A stretch of DNA of 64,000 nt, taken from Phaeosaccion multiseriatum. Taxonomy: Eukaryota; Protista; Ochrophyta, other classes. The notes beneath the pieces were generated by a model that was not told where the DNA came from, did not search any database, and worked only from the letters and a program-made list of their open reading frames with translations. The DNA is taken from contig OZ218959.1 of NCBI GenBank assembly GCA_965112735.1, positions 2,046,001-2,110,000 on the forward strand, written 5' to 3'. Positions 40,624 to 53,248 of this stretch are shown one piece after another. The translations under genes were made by a program, and so were the position numbers. How positions within the stretch are numbered: position 1 is the stretch's first letter; every line of letters begins with the position of its first letter.

Positions 40624-43600
40624 AAGAGAGAAAGAGCCAAGGCGTTAGGTAGCGCAAAGGAAAGAAGCAAAAGAAAGTCCTGCCTGTTCCTGTCCTCCCT
40701 CTTCCCCTTGTCCTCACCGCTGGCTGTACTGTCGTCCCTGGGTTGATGAAGACAAGGCCGCCCCCCAAAGCGAGTCTCCTCACACATTCCACCACCTCCC
40801 AAAAGAAGCAAGGGGCGCGATATCGCCGCCGGAGGGCACGCCCCGCAGACCACACCGCACTCTCCCGTCCTTTGACTCGAGCGCTATTCGTGACGTAACC
40901 TGCGCAAGAGGAGCGGTGGCGATGGCAGCAGATGGACACGATCAGAGAGTTCAGTCATCGCCACCGATACAGAGACCCCTGCGCAGGTTGGGAAGCTTCG
41001 TAAAGAGCGCGTCCGAGCGAGCTGTCGTACTCACCGAACATGACGGGAATGCCGATGGTGTAGAGGGCGATCATGAAGCCTGCGTATGCCATGTACGCGA
41101 TATGCTGTCACAGTTCCAGAAGTCGAAGGATGGAACAGGGGAGAGGTAGCAGGGGAAGCGGAGCGGGCAATGGATAAGGTAGGGGCCTCCCCTCTCCCCC
41201 CCACTCCCCGCTTCCTTTTCTCCTCCCTCACTCCCTCCCTCACTCCCTCACTCCCTCGCTCTCACCTGCGCAGTATCGCATTCGAGTGAGTAATCAGCTC
41301 GCAAATAGCGCCCCCCCTCGAGCTCCTCGCACGCAAACGTGCGAAAGAGTGTCGTAGACACAGGGGAGTACACCAAGAAGCCCAATACACACAGCACCAG
41401 CGAATGCCTCTGCGCCGCTACCACCGCACTCAAACGCTTGCGGGACCTCGCCACACTGAGCGTGCAGAGGAGAGCAGCACCGATCAAGAGGGGGCCTAGA
41501 GTGGCGGCGAGCATGCGGTCGTAGAAGGTGATGCGACCAAGACAGCCGCGGGAGAGGAGCAGGCCAAAATCGAAGTTGACGACTAAGTCCATGTCGAAGA
41601 GAAAGTTGTTGAGCACGCTTCCGGGGAAGGAGATGGCGGTCACTTGCGCGTACTGTATGTGCGGATGGTATGGTATGGTATGGTGTGGTGTGGTGTGGTG
41701 TGGAGTGGAGTAGTGGAGTAGACAACGGGTCGAGAAGGACGAATAGGATCGAATCGAATCGAATCGAATCGAAGAATCGAGGCAAGAGGTTCGGTACACA
41801 GCGAAGCAGGGTGGAAAGAAGGCGCGACGGCAGGTCAGAGAGGAAGAGGCGAGACCCGGGGTGGGGTGAAGTGAAGCGCACAAGCAGGAAAGAAGGCAGG
41901 ATGCTGGGCTTAGCCCCCGCTCTCAGCGAGGACAAGGAGACTGACTGACTGACTGACTGACTGACCTGTGTCAGAATCTGCCATGTGATCAATACCGTCC
42001 GAAACTTCCTCCAAGGCACAGACCACAGGACCGCACCAAACCTCGTCAGGAGGCCGGAGGGGATCCCTTCTCCTTGCCCCTCTCCTCCTTGCCCCTCTCC
42101 GACGAAGCCGATGAGCCACAGAGAGAGGAGGGCGGCGACACACACCACTGCGATGAGAAACACGCCAAGCCCGCCTTGCACTCTCCTCTCGTAACCGCTG
42201 GTGCATTCTTGGCACTCGTAGCCCGTCTCGGAGGCATAGCCTGACTCGCACACAGCACAGTAGGGCCCTTCAAACCCCTCTGTGCAATACTCTTGCGCCA
42301 GGCTGCTGCTCTGCCCAGTGGCGGTGGTGCTTGCTTGGCTCATCATCATGGCGGCTGTATCACCAACTGCTGCACCTCCTCCTCCCGTTACTACGACTAC
42401 TTGTTGGTCCGGCGGTGAGCACGCATCCTCGTTCCAGCACTCTTTGATGTCCACGCTAAACACACTGTCTCTCCAGTACCCATCCGCCACTCGAAGGTCC
42501 GTGAGCAACACTCCAACCCTGTTCTCATCCACCATTGTTTCCGAATCGATGACGTCACAAAACGCCTCAGAACTCTCCCCCCCTTCGACCCAACTAATGA
42601 ACTGCGACGTTCGGCAGCAGTCCACCCCAGCGAAGGCATTATCCACATCGATGCACAAACTCAAAGGGGGGCGAACGACACCTCGCACGGCAGAGCAGCA
42701 AGAGGCTGACGACCCCGTAAAATAGCAGAAGGGGCACGAGAAGGTGGGGGAGAAGGAGGTGCCGTTGAGCTGAAAGACTGCCCCGCCGGAGAGAGTAGCG
42801 CTGTTGTTGACGAAGCGAACGGCATTTGCGTTGAGTACGGCGGATGCCTGGTCGGTGATGTACAAAGCTCCGCCTCGACTTGCTGCGGCATTTCCCTCGA
42901 AAGTCACCCCATCGCTGCTACTACTACTGCTGCTGTTGTTGTTATGGTTCCTGTCGTCTAGGCGGCCTTCGTTGTCCAAATGCAAGGCGGCTCCATTGGT
43001 CGCTGTGTTGAACTGGAATCGACCATCCAAGTGGGGGGGGGGGTTGGTGCGGTTAGTGCGATGAGGGGGAAACGTAAGAGACAAGCATGGCAGGACAGGA
43101 CAGCGGGAGTATACCGTGAGGTAGGGTATGCGTTGACTTGCCTGCCTCTAAAGCAAAGCAAAAGATCCATTCACTACCGTACCTCCAGCCTGGGTTGATC
43201 TTGAACTGTCATGCTGCAACCGGGCCCTACTTTGACGGCCCCGCCGGATCTGCCTCCGGAGTTGAACGCCAGCTTGCTCTCCCCGGATAGGACGAGCGTG
43301 GAGTAGGCACAGAAGACAGCGCCCCCGTCATTGGCGGCGGAGTTGTTGGACACGTCGGCTCTGTCTGCGACAAGGAGAAAGGTTTCGTCATCGAGATGAG
43401 CTGCCCCTCCTCGGTTCGTCGCTGGGGGAGGGCAGAGAAGCAACAAGAGGCGAAGGGCGAAGGTTTCGGGGGCATGAAGAATGAAGCATGGGTGAAGTAT
43501 CTTTCACAAGCAGTGGCAGGCGAAGGAGGAGCAGAGTGGGGGTGTTCTCTTCTCCCTACTCAAATGGAGGGAGCATGTACTGTCCTGCGTCCCTGACGCG

Positions 43601-45281
43601 CTGACTGACACTCTCAACCTCTCACGAGCACACACACACACCCCCACCCACACCCCACGGCCACTCACCAATATTCCCCGTGATCTTTGCGTCGTCCCTG
43701 ATGTAGATGTTCCCAATCTCTCCACTGAAGGCGCCCCCTTCCCTCGCCACATTCCCCACCACCTCCACCGAGCCCCCGATGGTCAAGGTCCCTCCCGCCT
43801 CCAGCCTCGCTGCTCCTCCCCGCCTGCTCGCAGTGTTTTCGGCCACCCGCGCCGAGCCAGAGAGGTCGACAGTGGCCCCGCCGTGGATCTGGAAGGCGCC
43901 TCCATCCTCGGCGTGATTGCCCACCACCACCGCATTGTCCTGCACCACCACGCTCCCTCCAGAGCCCCCTCCGTTGAAAGCCCCTCCGGTGACTGTGGCG
44001 GCATTGTACGATACCTCTGCATTGTCCCGTACCATCAGACTGCAAAATGCGTCGTCTCTGAGGGCGAAGCACATGTAGACAGCGCCTCCCTCCCCGAAGA
44101 TGGGCTGGAACGCTTCATTCCGGGTGACTTTTGCATTGCCTTCCAGAACAACCACCGCGTTAAAAGCCGCCACCCCAGCCCCTCTCGGGGCTGCATTGTA
44201 GGCGATATTGGCGTTGTCTCCGACTGTTAAATAAGAGAGGCCTTGAAAGTTCTCCATCCACACGCCCCCGCCCGAGTACCCGGCGCTGTTGTTGAGCAGC
44301 TGGGCGTTGCCCTTGACCGTGAGGTTCCCCTGTGTGAACACACCGCCCCCTACTCCTCCTCCCCCGTTCACAGCGGCAGCGGTGCACTTCTGCACGACCG
44401 TGTCGCCGTCGAGGACGATGTGCTGGCTCGTTGAAACGGACGAGATGCAGCCACCCGACTTGACGTTGAAGAAGGGAGAGGAGGAGGGAGGAGAAAGGTG
44501 TGTAGGGGGGGGCAGGAGAGAGGCATGCGGGAAGGGAGAGACTGCGTTAGGAAGTAGTCGAGGCCAAGAGGTCCAGCCGTGCTGTGTGGGTACGCTGCGT
44601 GTGCTCTTTCCATGTCGGGTTGGGAGAGGAGGAGCATGTAACCCGGGCGGGGCATGATACAGGCATGGTAATACAGCGCTGCTTGCTTCCCCCAAAGCGC
44701 TTTCTGGACCTTTCATACCCTGACTATAAGTGGGGGAGGCGACTTACCGCTTCAGCCCATCCATTCTGCAGCGTCACTCCTGTCACCGTGAGAGATGTGT
44801 CCGGAAATTGCATCGTGATGATTCTGCTGGTGCCCTCTGCGTCAAGGATGGAGGGGCCCTGACCGTCACCACGCAGGGACAGCCTCACTCCTTCTGCGGG
44901 CTGAAGCGGGTTGGTCAGGGTCACATGGCCGCTGACTGTCACTACGAACTCAGTGTCTGCAGGAGGGTGCCCCGACACCGGGGGAGGTGGTTAGAATTGG
45001 CGGCCAATTGAGAGGTGAAGAGGGAGTTGAAGGGGGAGAGAATGCAGAGATAACACGAGAGGCATTTAAACATTGAGGAGTGCCTGAGTAAAGGGTTGCT
45101 CACCAGGATATAACGAGAAGCAGTCGTTTAGTTCCTGTGCCCCTTCCGCTGAGCTCAGGGAAAAGTCAAGCACGCCGTTCGAGGGGGTTGCGGTACATGA
45201 CTGCCCATGAACCAATGAATAGGACAGCTGCTGAAGCAGCAGCAGCGGAAGCAGCAGTTGATGCGGGGGGAGCCTCTTCAT
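39057..45281 (-). CDS. Secreted-ectodomain multi-pass membrane protein with Pmp-like (GGA[I/V/F], FxxN) beta-helix repeats, a Cys-rich linker and a multi-TM C-terminus; about 13 exons
   Basis: Signal peptide MKRLPPHQLLLPLLLLQQLSYSLVHG. Repeated NxA...GGAV/F units. CTEGFEGPYCAVCESGY; KFRTVLITWQILTQ; FLVYSPVSTTLFRTFAC...YLRADYSLEC; FFWEVVECVRRL. Confidence 0.82.
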
Positions 45282-46185
45282 AAGGGAGGGAGAAGGAGGA
45301 GAAAAAAAAGGGAGGAGCGGAACCGCCGTGGCGAAATTCCTGTGTACTACCAACGGTTCTGCTGTGAGCCGGCCCGCACAAACTGAAACTGCCCCCTTTT
45401 TCTTCTCCCCCCCCCTCGGACAACATCTCTGTTAGACGAGCAACAGAGCTTACCCATCTAATATGATACCAAGCTCGGTAGGGGAGCTGGAAGCAGGCGC
45501 CTGTCAATGCAGAGTGGGACTGCGAGAGTCTTGGGGCACGCATGGGCGGGTGCGTGCGTGCGTGCGTGCGTGCGTACCGTGAGGCATGCAATCGTCCGTT
45601 CAAAACCTCTGCTGCCCCTGCCAGCAGGAACAGCTACAGGGGAAGCGCCCCGGGGAAGAGCTGGGGTGTGAGGCAAAACCCCAATCATACCCACTGCAGG
45701 GGGAGCAACCGGCAAAGGAAAGTAAAACGACCATGCTACGACAGAGGGCGTTAAGAGCAAAGTGACGCTAAAATAGCTCCACTCCTCGCTCTGTCTCCCC
45801 GTGCTCTGCTAATGCCCGCAACGTGGATATTCCCCTTGTGGCTTCGCTCGCCTCGCCCGCTGAGCATGGCTGCCTCCGCCTGGGCTATCGACGCATACTT
45901 CCAAGAGTCCGAATGTGCCGCAGCGGGGTATGACGTGGCGTTCGATGTCACGAATTAAGTATCCAATCGAAATAGCATTTGTAGCAGTAGTAGCAATGAG
46001 TGATGCACCTTCTCCCACGTCCAAGTGAAGCGCACGATCTCGGGTGATGTACTGTACCCATTTTGGCAGCTGGGCAAGAATTGGGGGTCTCCGATGCCCA
46101 TATGCTGCGCGGTGTTAGACTCTTCGACCTGAAAGGGCGATGTGATGGAGCGAGGGAGAGAAGAGAAAAGAAAGAGGGCGGTGCG

Positions 46186-47039
46186 ATGCCGCCGTCGTCC
46201 GTGGAGCAGCTAATCAAACTGCTGTCGAGCCCTTCGCTCGAGGAGCAGCAGCAGCAACCCAAGCTCGAAACGCAACCGCAACAGCAGCAGCTATGGCGTG
46301 GACCTGCGCCGAACGAATCCTACATGCTCACCAACTGCTCGGAGGGTACAGAGGCGATACACATCAGCATGGAGCTGCCGAACGTGAAGCAGAAGGACAT
46401 CCAGTGAGTACTTTGGGAGAGGGGATAGAGAGGGTCCCCTTGAGCCCTTTTTCACTCCCCCCCCTTGCCGCACTTCCACTGAGCTTAGCTTGCTGACGCT
46501 GACGGGCGTGGCGTCGTCTCCGCTCTTCCGATACTCACACCACCGAGCTGCCCCGACCTCTTCGCTTGCTTACTTGCGGCCTTGCTCGCTCGACCTTCAC
46601 CCCACAGCGTCACGTTCGACGAGCGGACCCGAGAGCTATGCGTCACCGCGACGAGCAGACCTGAGCCACCACGTGAGGGGGAAGTTTTCCTCAAATGCGA
46701 GAGGCGATACGGAAAAATGAGCAAGACCTTCGTTCTGCCCGATTTCGTCACGTCGGACGGGGCGACGGCTGAGTTCAAGGAGTGAGTTGTGCCAGGCCAG
46801 CTTATATAGAGACTAGGAGCCAAGAACATGTTCCACGCAAGCACTAATCCAGCCCTCCCCCCCCCCCCGTCGCCTGCCTCATGGGATGCTCGGCCTTGGC
46901 CCTGGTGCTGCTGCATCGTGTCAACCCTCGCTTCTTGACGCTCAGGGACTCCGTGCTGCGCATCTCTTTCCGCAAGAAGAAGAGGACAAGGACACCCCAC
47001 GTCAATTGCCCCGCGGGAAAGAGGGAAGGGGCATCATGA
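46186..47039 (+). CDS. HSP20/alpha-crystallin-domain protein, paralogue 1 (3 exons; alternative ATG at 46102)
   Basis: ISMELPNVKQKDIH|VTFD...ERRYGKMSKTFVLP...ATAEFKE|DSVLRISFRK. Exons 46186-46403, 46608-46780, 46946-47039. Confidence 0.8.
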
Positions 47040-48730
47040 AGCGATGGCCCTGCACGCAGAGGCTGTTCGAGTGGCTCGGCCTCATCACAGTACACTTGTG
47101 TAAGGGGAGGGAGAAGGGGGCCTCTTCCGGAGGCCCTGGGAACACAAAGGCTTTTAAAGGCCTCAGCTTGCCAGAGACCTCCGCGACAAACCGCATTCCA
47201 CGCGAGAAACTTTCTTCCCAATGGGGAGTAAGGCTAAACCATCGACTTGCCCGGGCCGCGTCGTAATAAGCCCCGAGACAAAAGCGAGGGAGGGGACTCT
47301 CGGTGCCGTCTCGCCAAGCTGCCTGAAGTGGTAGGGGGAGAGGGCGCGAAAGAGGGGTGGAGGAGAAGCATCCAAACTCACTGCAGGTTCACGAAGGGTG
47401 AGGCGGAGTCCGAGCGGGTCAAGGAGAGCCAACGGAGCGATATCGACAGCCATTCTCGTTGAGTGAAGCAAGTGACAGACATTACTGAGTGAGCGTGAGC
47501 CTGCTCCTTCATCACGAACATATAAACTTCTAAATATCATCCTGCTCTCCTTTTCTTACACGCCTAGTGCGCACGCATGTGATGGTGGCGTTTCTTAGTC
47601 CAGGAGCTTCTCGAGGCCCCCAAGCAGTACAGCCTTCCTTCCCTCCATCTCCACCCCCGCAAATATCAAGATGCCGCTGTTCAGCCTCGCCTTTACGCAA
47701 CCTTAGAAACCCTCTCGCATCTCAGGCTCGACGGCAACACCTGTGCACTCCGCCCCTCGTGCCCACGTCCCTCGTCCTTCCAAAGCAAAGGCACCTCCCC
47801 GTCGTACTCACGGCGTGGCAGCAGAAGCCCCGCACCCCGTCGAACAGGGGCCGGTCGTCGTCCCTACCCCCCCCCTGTCTCTCAGCTTCCATGAGGGGGT
47901 AGGACTGCTCTCTGCCCCGGCACCCGACTCCTTCAGCAGCAGCTGTAGTAGCCACAGCAGTTGGTGATACGTGAACCACAGAGACGTGAGGTAGAGGGAG
48001 GAGGGAGAGGGGGGAGAGCTCGGGAGAGTGAATAGACGCTGTCCAACTTGGGAAGAGGAAGAAGAAGAGGAGGTCTGACAACAACGAGAATCTCCCGGAT
48101 GTACGATTGGTGGCCACACTACCACATGGAGTGCCATCCCACATAATCGGATCGATCAATACTCCTATGGCACCCCCTGTCGTTGCTCCACTCACCTCCT
48201 GTGCAGACTGTGCTGCCATGGTTGTCACCTCTGCGTCCCTCGCTGCAACGAAAGCCGCCAGCCGCCTCTTCCTCAGCCGCACCCGATCTCGGCGGTGCTC
48301 GAGGCGGCGTAGTGGGAGGTGGCGTGGGGGGGGGCGTCGCCATGGCCTTCGCCCCCGCCGCTTCGACGAGGCTGTCATCCACTCGGGTCAGCAGGAGCTC
48401 ACGCCTACAATCGCTGCGGCTGATGCTGCTGTTGCAGAGGTTACTGTTGCTGCTGACGCTCAGGCTTTTCAAGAGGCCCAGCGAGCGCACCACTATTCCC
48501 TCAACGTTACCTGCGGAATCACTTGGGCAGCTGGCCTCATCCCCACACGGAGCGTCTTCGTCTTCTTCATTGCTTGGCGGTTACTGCGCTGCTCCTCCCC
48601 TCGCCCTCCCTGTCCACGGGCAGCGGCGACAGGGCGAGAGACGGTGCGCGGCTTCCTCGTTCCTCGCTCCTTGCGTTTTCTTTCCATGGACGCCTCCTCA
48701 TCCTTGCGGCCATCGCGGGGGGAGGTTTCT

Positions 48731-48933
48731 CTAAGCGCTGCTGTATCTCTCCTCAGCCTCCTTCCTGCGGATGCGCGCATGCCTCTTGCAAATCCCGCCC
48801 AGACCTCCCCTCGTCTGCTTGTCACACTCTCCCACGCGGCAGCGCTTCATCCGGTCCCCATGGTCAATTCACACATCTCCGCCCACTCCCTTTCTCGATA
48901 TCTTTGCCTATCGCACCCTTCCACAGCGCATCG
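48731..48933 (-). pseudogene. Degenerate tandem C-x4-C...C-x2-H zinc-finger repeats (WRKY19-like repeat type)
   Basis: RCAVEGCDRQ / frameshift / SRKGVGGDV*IDHGDRMKRCRVGECDKQTRGGLGGICKRH...*. Confidence 0.45.
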
Positions 48934-49615
48934 TTAATGAGGGCACATGATCGGCAGGTCTTAGTCAAAGACCCTTCGCTCGTCGATCTAGGCCTCCAGT
49001 GTTGCCTGACGTCTGACTTTGTCGCTGTTGCTCGCTCCTTCGGGACTAGCCTTCTCGGGCGCTATAGCTGAGGAAGAGAAGTGCGCAGCCACAATGACGG
49101 AAGGGATTCCACAGCCAGCATGAGCACGGGAGATGACAGAGCTAAACCCTCAATTGATGGGCAATTTCGGGATATAGCGAGTAAATCCTCGTTGCTTTAA
49201 GAGCGAGCGTCTGGTGGAGGGCAAGCCAACGCCCCGCCCGGTGCCCCAAACGAGTAGTGAGAGGATAGCGGCAGCAGCAGACCAGCTCCACAAGCCGCAT
49301 ACGATGGCTCTAATCATCAAGAAAGGGAGGGTCTTCCCCAGCAGTAACAGGCCGGCTGAGCGCATGGCGAGGCGTAAATGGCTCAGTGGAGTGAAGGTCA
49401 CGCAAGAGCTCTGGCTGGGAGGTTGCTGACCTGTGAGACCGTACTCCCAACAGGCCTTTGGAGCCAGTGCTCCTTTGATGGGATCGGCCCTTTCCTTTGC
49501 GGTTGAGAAAAAAGAAAAGAAAAGAAGGACGGGACCACGGGGGGGGGGGGGGAGACATGAGAGAGAGCGACAGAGACAGAGATACAGATAGCTAGAGAAG
49601 AGGAGAGATTTATAG

Positions 49616-50522
49616 ATGGACTTGGGGCTATCGATGATCAGCGATATCGCAAGCTCCGCAACCCCTCTCGAGGAGAAAGATCACTCCCCTTCTTCGGCGG
49701 GGCCGCTAGTACGGATGCGATCGAGCTCCCCGCAGGGAAGGATGCCGTCTCTGCTCGCAAAGCGATCGCACCCCTACCAGGAGCAGTCGCGGCCGCCGTC
49801 GCATCCGCAGCAGCACCATCATCATCACCATCACCATCACCATCACCACCACCATCACCAACAACAGGGACAGCAACGGCAAGACAACCAGGCGCGGGGG
49901 TGTGAACCGTCTGCGCCTCAGCCATACATGCTCACGAACTGCTCGGAGAGTGCCGAGGCGATATATATCAGCGTGGAGATGCCGCGAGACAGGACGGAGG
50001 ATATCAAGTGAGTATATCCTTCGCTTTGGCTGATTGATGAAGCGGAACTGCGTGACCCTTTGCGCATCCGTCTGATCCTTGCGCCTTTGGTTGCTTTTGC
50101 CTGGCTGATCGTCCTTTGCTTGCGTTGGTCGTCGCACAGGGTCAACTTCAACGCGCAAACCCGAGAGTTGAGTATCACTGCTGAAGCGCGTCCCGATGCG
50201 GCGCTGCGAGAGGGGGAGGTGTTCTGCCTGCGAGAGAGGCGCTCCGGGCGAATGAGCAGATCCTTTGTTCTGCCCGGCTACATCACCCCTGACGGGGCGA
50301 CGGCCGAGTTGAGCGAGTAAGTCAAGTCGTATAACGTCGCATTCCTAGCTGCTAGCGACCACCCACGTGTCCTACGCCCTCACCCCTCCCCTCCCCCCGC
50401 ACTGCTTGCGCCTGTACCATGGGATGCTCGACTCTCGCTCCTTGACGCTCAGGGACTCCGTGCTACGCATCTGCTTCCTCAAGAAGAAGAATGGGGAGGG
50501 GGGCCTGCCCGTCCGCGCGTGA
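49616..50522 (+). CDS. HSP20/alpha-crystallin-domain protein, paralogue 2 with His/Gln tract (3 exons)
   Basis: ISVEMPRDRTEDIK|VNFN...ERRSGRMSRSFVLP...ATAELSE|DSVLRICFLKK. Same intron positions and phases as paralogue 1. Exons 49616-50007, 50140-50316, 50453-50522. Confidence 0.8.
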
Positions 50523-51298
50523 AGCAAGGCGAATGGGGACATGCTCGGCTCGATTGCGGCGGCTGCGCTGAGCGAGGCGCGCTGCCGCCCCACAACGGAG
50601 TAAGACAAGCGACAAGGACGGTTGTCGAGCCGCTGGGGGCTGTGCCGGAGCGAAGCAAGGGCACGGGGGTGACATGTAGCCAGCGGCCTCTACGCAACGT
50701 GTATGAGAATAAAAGAAATAGAGGCTTATCGGCTCCATACATCGGCTCATCTTCAACACTGGCAGACAGAGTATTGCGCAGCGTGCTTGCATCCCGCAAC
50801 TGCACGCACACACGCACGCACGCACGCACGCACGCACGTACGCACGCACGCACGCACGCACGCACGTACGCACGCACGCACGCACGCACGTACGCACGCA
50901 CGCACGCACGCACGCACAAACCCTCTCCGTGGACCCCCTGGTGGCAGGAGTGAGACCGCACACATTCCTCACACACGCACCTGTCATCAGGGGCCGGCGC
51001 GAAGCGCAGATCTTCTTTGCTAGGCACAGGAGCCCTCACAATCGACGAGGAGACGGACAACCGTGTGCTTACGGAATACGATTTACTTCATTCCATTATG
51101 GAAGATCGTAGCTAAATTAAAAAAAAACAAAGACTGCCGTAGCTCCAGTAACTGACTCCCTTGTTGAGGGGTGGACTTTGCGCCCGCCCTGTAGGGATCC
51201 ACGGTGGCGCGTCTTGCGTGCCCCTCTATAGTCAACAAGGGACCCCCCCACCAGCGCAATTTCTCCGCTGCCGTCTAACTCGTCCAAGTACTCGCAGC

Positions 51299-52928
51299 CT
51301 ACCTCGCACCGACCTCGGCCCCTGTCCCCGCCCCGCCTACCTCTTGAGGCTCCATGTCCATCTCCTCCTCCTCCTCCTCCTCCTCCTCCTGCTGGCACTT
51401 GCCCATGCGGTGAATGACGCTGGGCGGTTCCCTCAAGGCCCTCAGACTGGCGGGGCCCTCTTCGATCTTTGGCCACCAATCAAACACAAATTGATCAATA
51501 ATGTGCCTGCTCCACGGCGTAAATTCAATCTCTCCATCGTCCACCTGCTGTAGCATCGCACGCAGCTCAGTCGCTGTCACATACCGCGTCGCCTCAACCT
51601 CGTTGGGATTGGGCGCCAGTGTAAAGTCCCCCTTTCCGTCCGTGGCTGTGATGATATACACGTAGTCAATCTCATGCTCTCCCCACACCCCATTAGAGTC
51701 TGCAATGTAGTGTATCTTGGTGAGGTAGGAGATGCGATCGGTGTGCAGCTCCCCCGCAGGTATGCCTAGCTCCTGCCCTAGCTTGCGCACGGCCGCGATT
51801 TCACTCCCACCAATGGCTGCCTCCCCTACGCTGGCCTGGCTGGCGAGCTCCACGGAAATACCACCACCGTCTTCTTCTGGACTTGCACTACTGCTTCTAC
51901 TGCTGCTGCTGCTAGCGCCCTTGATGCCCATCTCCTCCTCATTCCACAGGGGGTGGCTGCAGCAGGTGTTGGTCCAGAATAGCGGGAAGGTGTGCTTGCT
52001 GCTGGCTCGCTGCTGCAGGAGCATTCGGCCCTATCCATGCGCACGGAAGGGAGAGAGAAGCGACGAACGCGGGGGCAGAAAGGGGGTGAGAAGAGGGTGC
52101 AAGACCACAGAACACATGTGAGACGATACGGCGAGTGTATCCTCCACCTCGCTCGCCATTCATAAAAGTTGAGTAGAGGAGAGGGAGTCGACTGCAGTCA
52201 GCAGCAAGCAGAGCAGCAGAGTGGGGAAAGTTCTTGCAGACACCAGTAGCCTCTCTACGGATGCACATTTCCCCCACACTCCATCCATGCGTGCACACGC
52301 GAATGAGCCATCTCCTCTGCCGGTAGTACAATACCTGTGAGTCGAAGAGGAATATGCTAAACGCTCTGTGCAAAGGTAGGCCCATCTTGTTGAGGTGCGT
52401 GTGCACCTTGCTGGCTCGCCCTACCGGAACGTCCTCTCTGTCCACCACTATGCACATCTCCTGCATCATGCCCGCCTGCTCGTCGTCGATTTCACTCAAC
52501 TCCGCTTCAAAGTCGCCTTCTCCCTCCGCGCCCCCCGGGACAGCGTATACAAGTGAGGGAGGTCTCTGCAGGGACCTGCGCGGGCGCTGACTAGAGTTCC
52601 AGGCTCTCGCTGCTGTTGCTGCTGCTGCTGCTGCTGGTGAGGATGATAGTGATGATACTGCAACTCTTGCCGCGTCTTTTGTGTGCAATGGCAACGGCGC
52701 TCTCGCCGCCGTCCAAGGGGAGCTGACGAGAAACCCCTTCACCCCTCCAGCTGTGAGCGAGAGCGTCAGGATTGCCAACGCTGCGGCTGGTCCAGCTACG
52801 CGACTGTTGGAAGGTGTTGCTCGTGTCCCTCGAGTGCTGCCTCTTCTGCTCCATTGCTGCCCCTCTTTCCCCTCTCCTGCCCTCTCTTCTGCATGGGGAG
52901 CTCTTCGCAGCCGCCTTGGGGAAGGCAT
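51299..52928 (-). CDS. IDI: Isopentenyl-diphosphate delta-isomerase type 1, probably plastid-targeted; 2 exons
   Basis: LHRAFSIFLFDSQ|GRMLLQQRA..KHTFP..WTNTCCSHP, AAVRKLGQELGI, WGEHEIDY, NPNEV, FTPW. Intron 52334-52031. Confidence 0.95.
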
Positions 52929-53035
52929 TGCTGCACCAGCACCACTGATGCCTCCCCTTCCTTCCACAAAGAGAGTCTTGTATGGTCTGCTCTCCTCCTA
53001 CAACCACCTTTAACAACCAAAGCACCAACAACTGT

Positions 53036-53067
53036 GAATTTCGAATTTCAATCGAATTTCGAGTTTC
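53036..53067. promoter_or_regulatory. Four GAATTTC-like heptamers in the ~320-bp divergent IDI/TMEM115 intergenic region
   Basis: GAATTTC at 53036, 53043 and 53054, GAGTTTC at 53061. A regulatory role is inferred from position only. Confidence 0.35.
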
Positions 53068-53248
53068 AGCTGTTCCGAGCTTGGCCCAAAACGGGAAAAG
53101 GACGGACACAAGGCTGGGCACAGCCGACAACGTGCTGGACCTGTGCACCGCCACTTGCAGTGGCAGTAGGGAAAGGTCGGGTCGCAGAGGCAGGGACGGA
53201 AGAGATCGGGTCGCAGAGGAAGGACCGGAAGAGGTCTTCGTTGCCACC

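Noticed and set aside
46328-46339. TCACCAACTGCT as another copy of the dispersed motif
   Set aside because: It encodes the conserved LTNCS, and the paralogue uses different codons, so it is probably coincidental.
47040-48730. Several 100-270 aa ORFs between the HSP20 genes
   Set aside because: No recognisable domain or consistent exon chain, so they are left unannotated.
53036-53067. Heat-shock element
   Set aside because: GAA/TTC spacing is 0-1 nt, not the 2 nt of nGAAnnTTCn.
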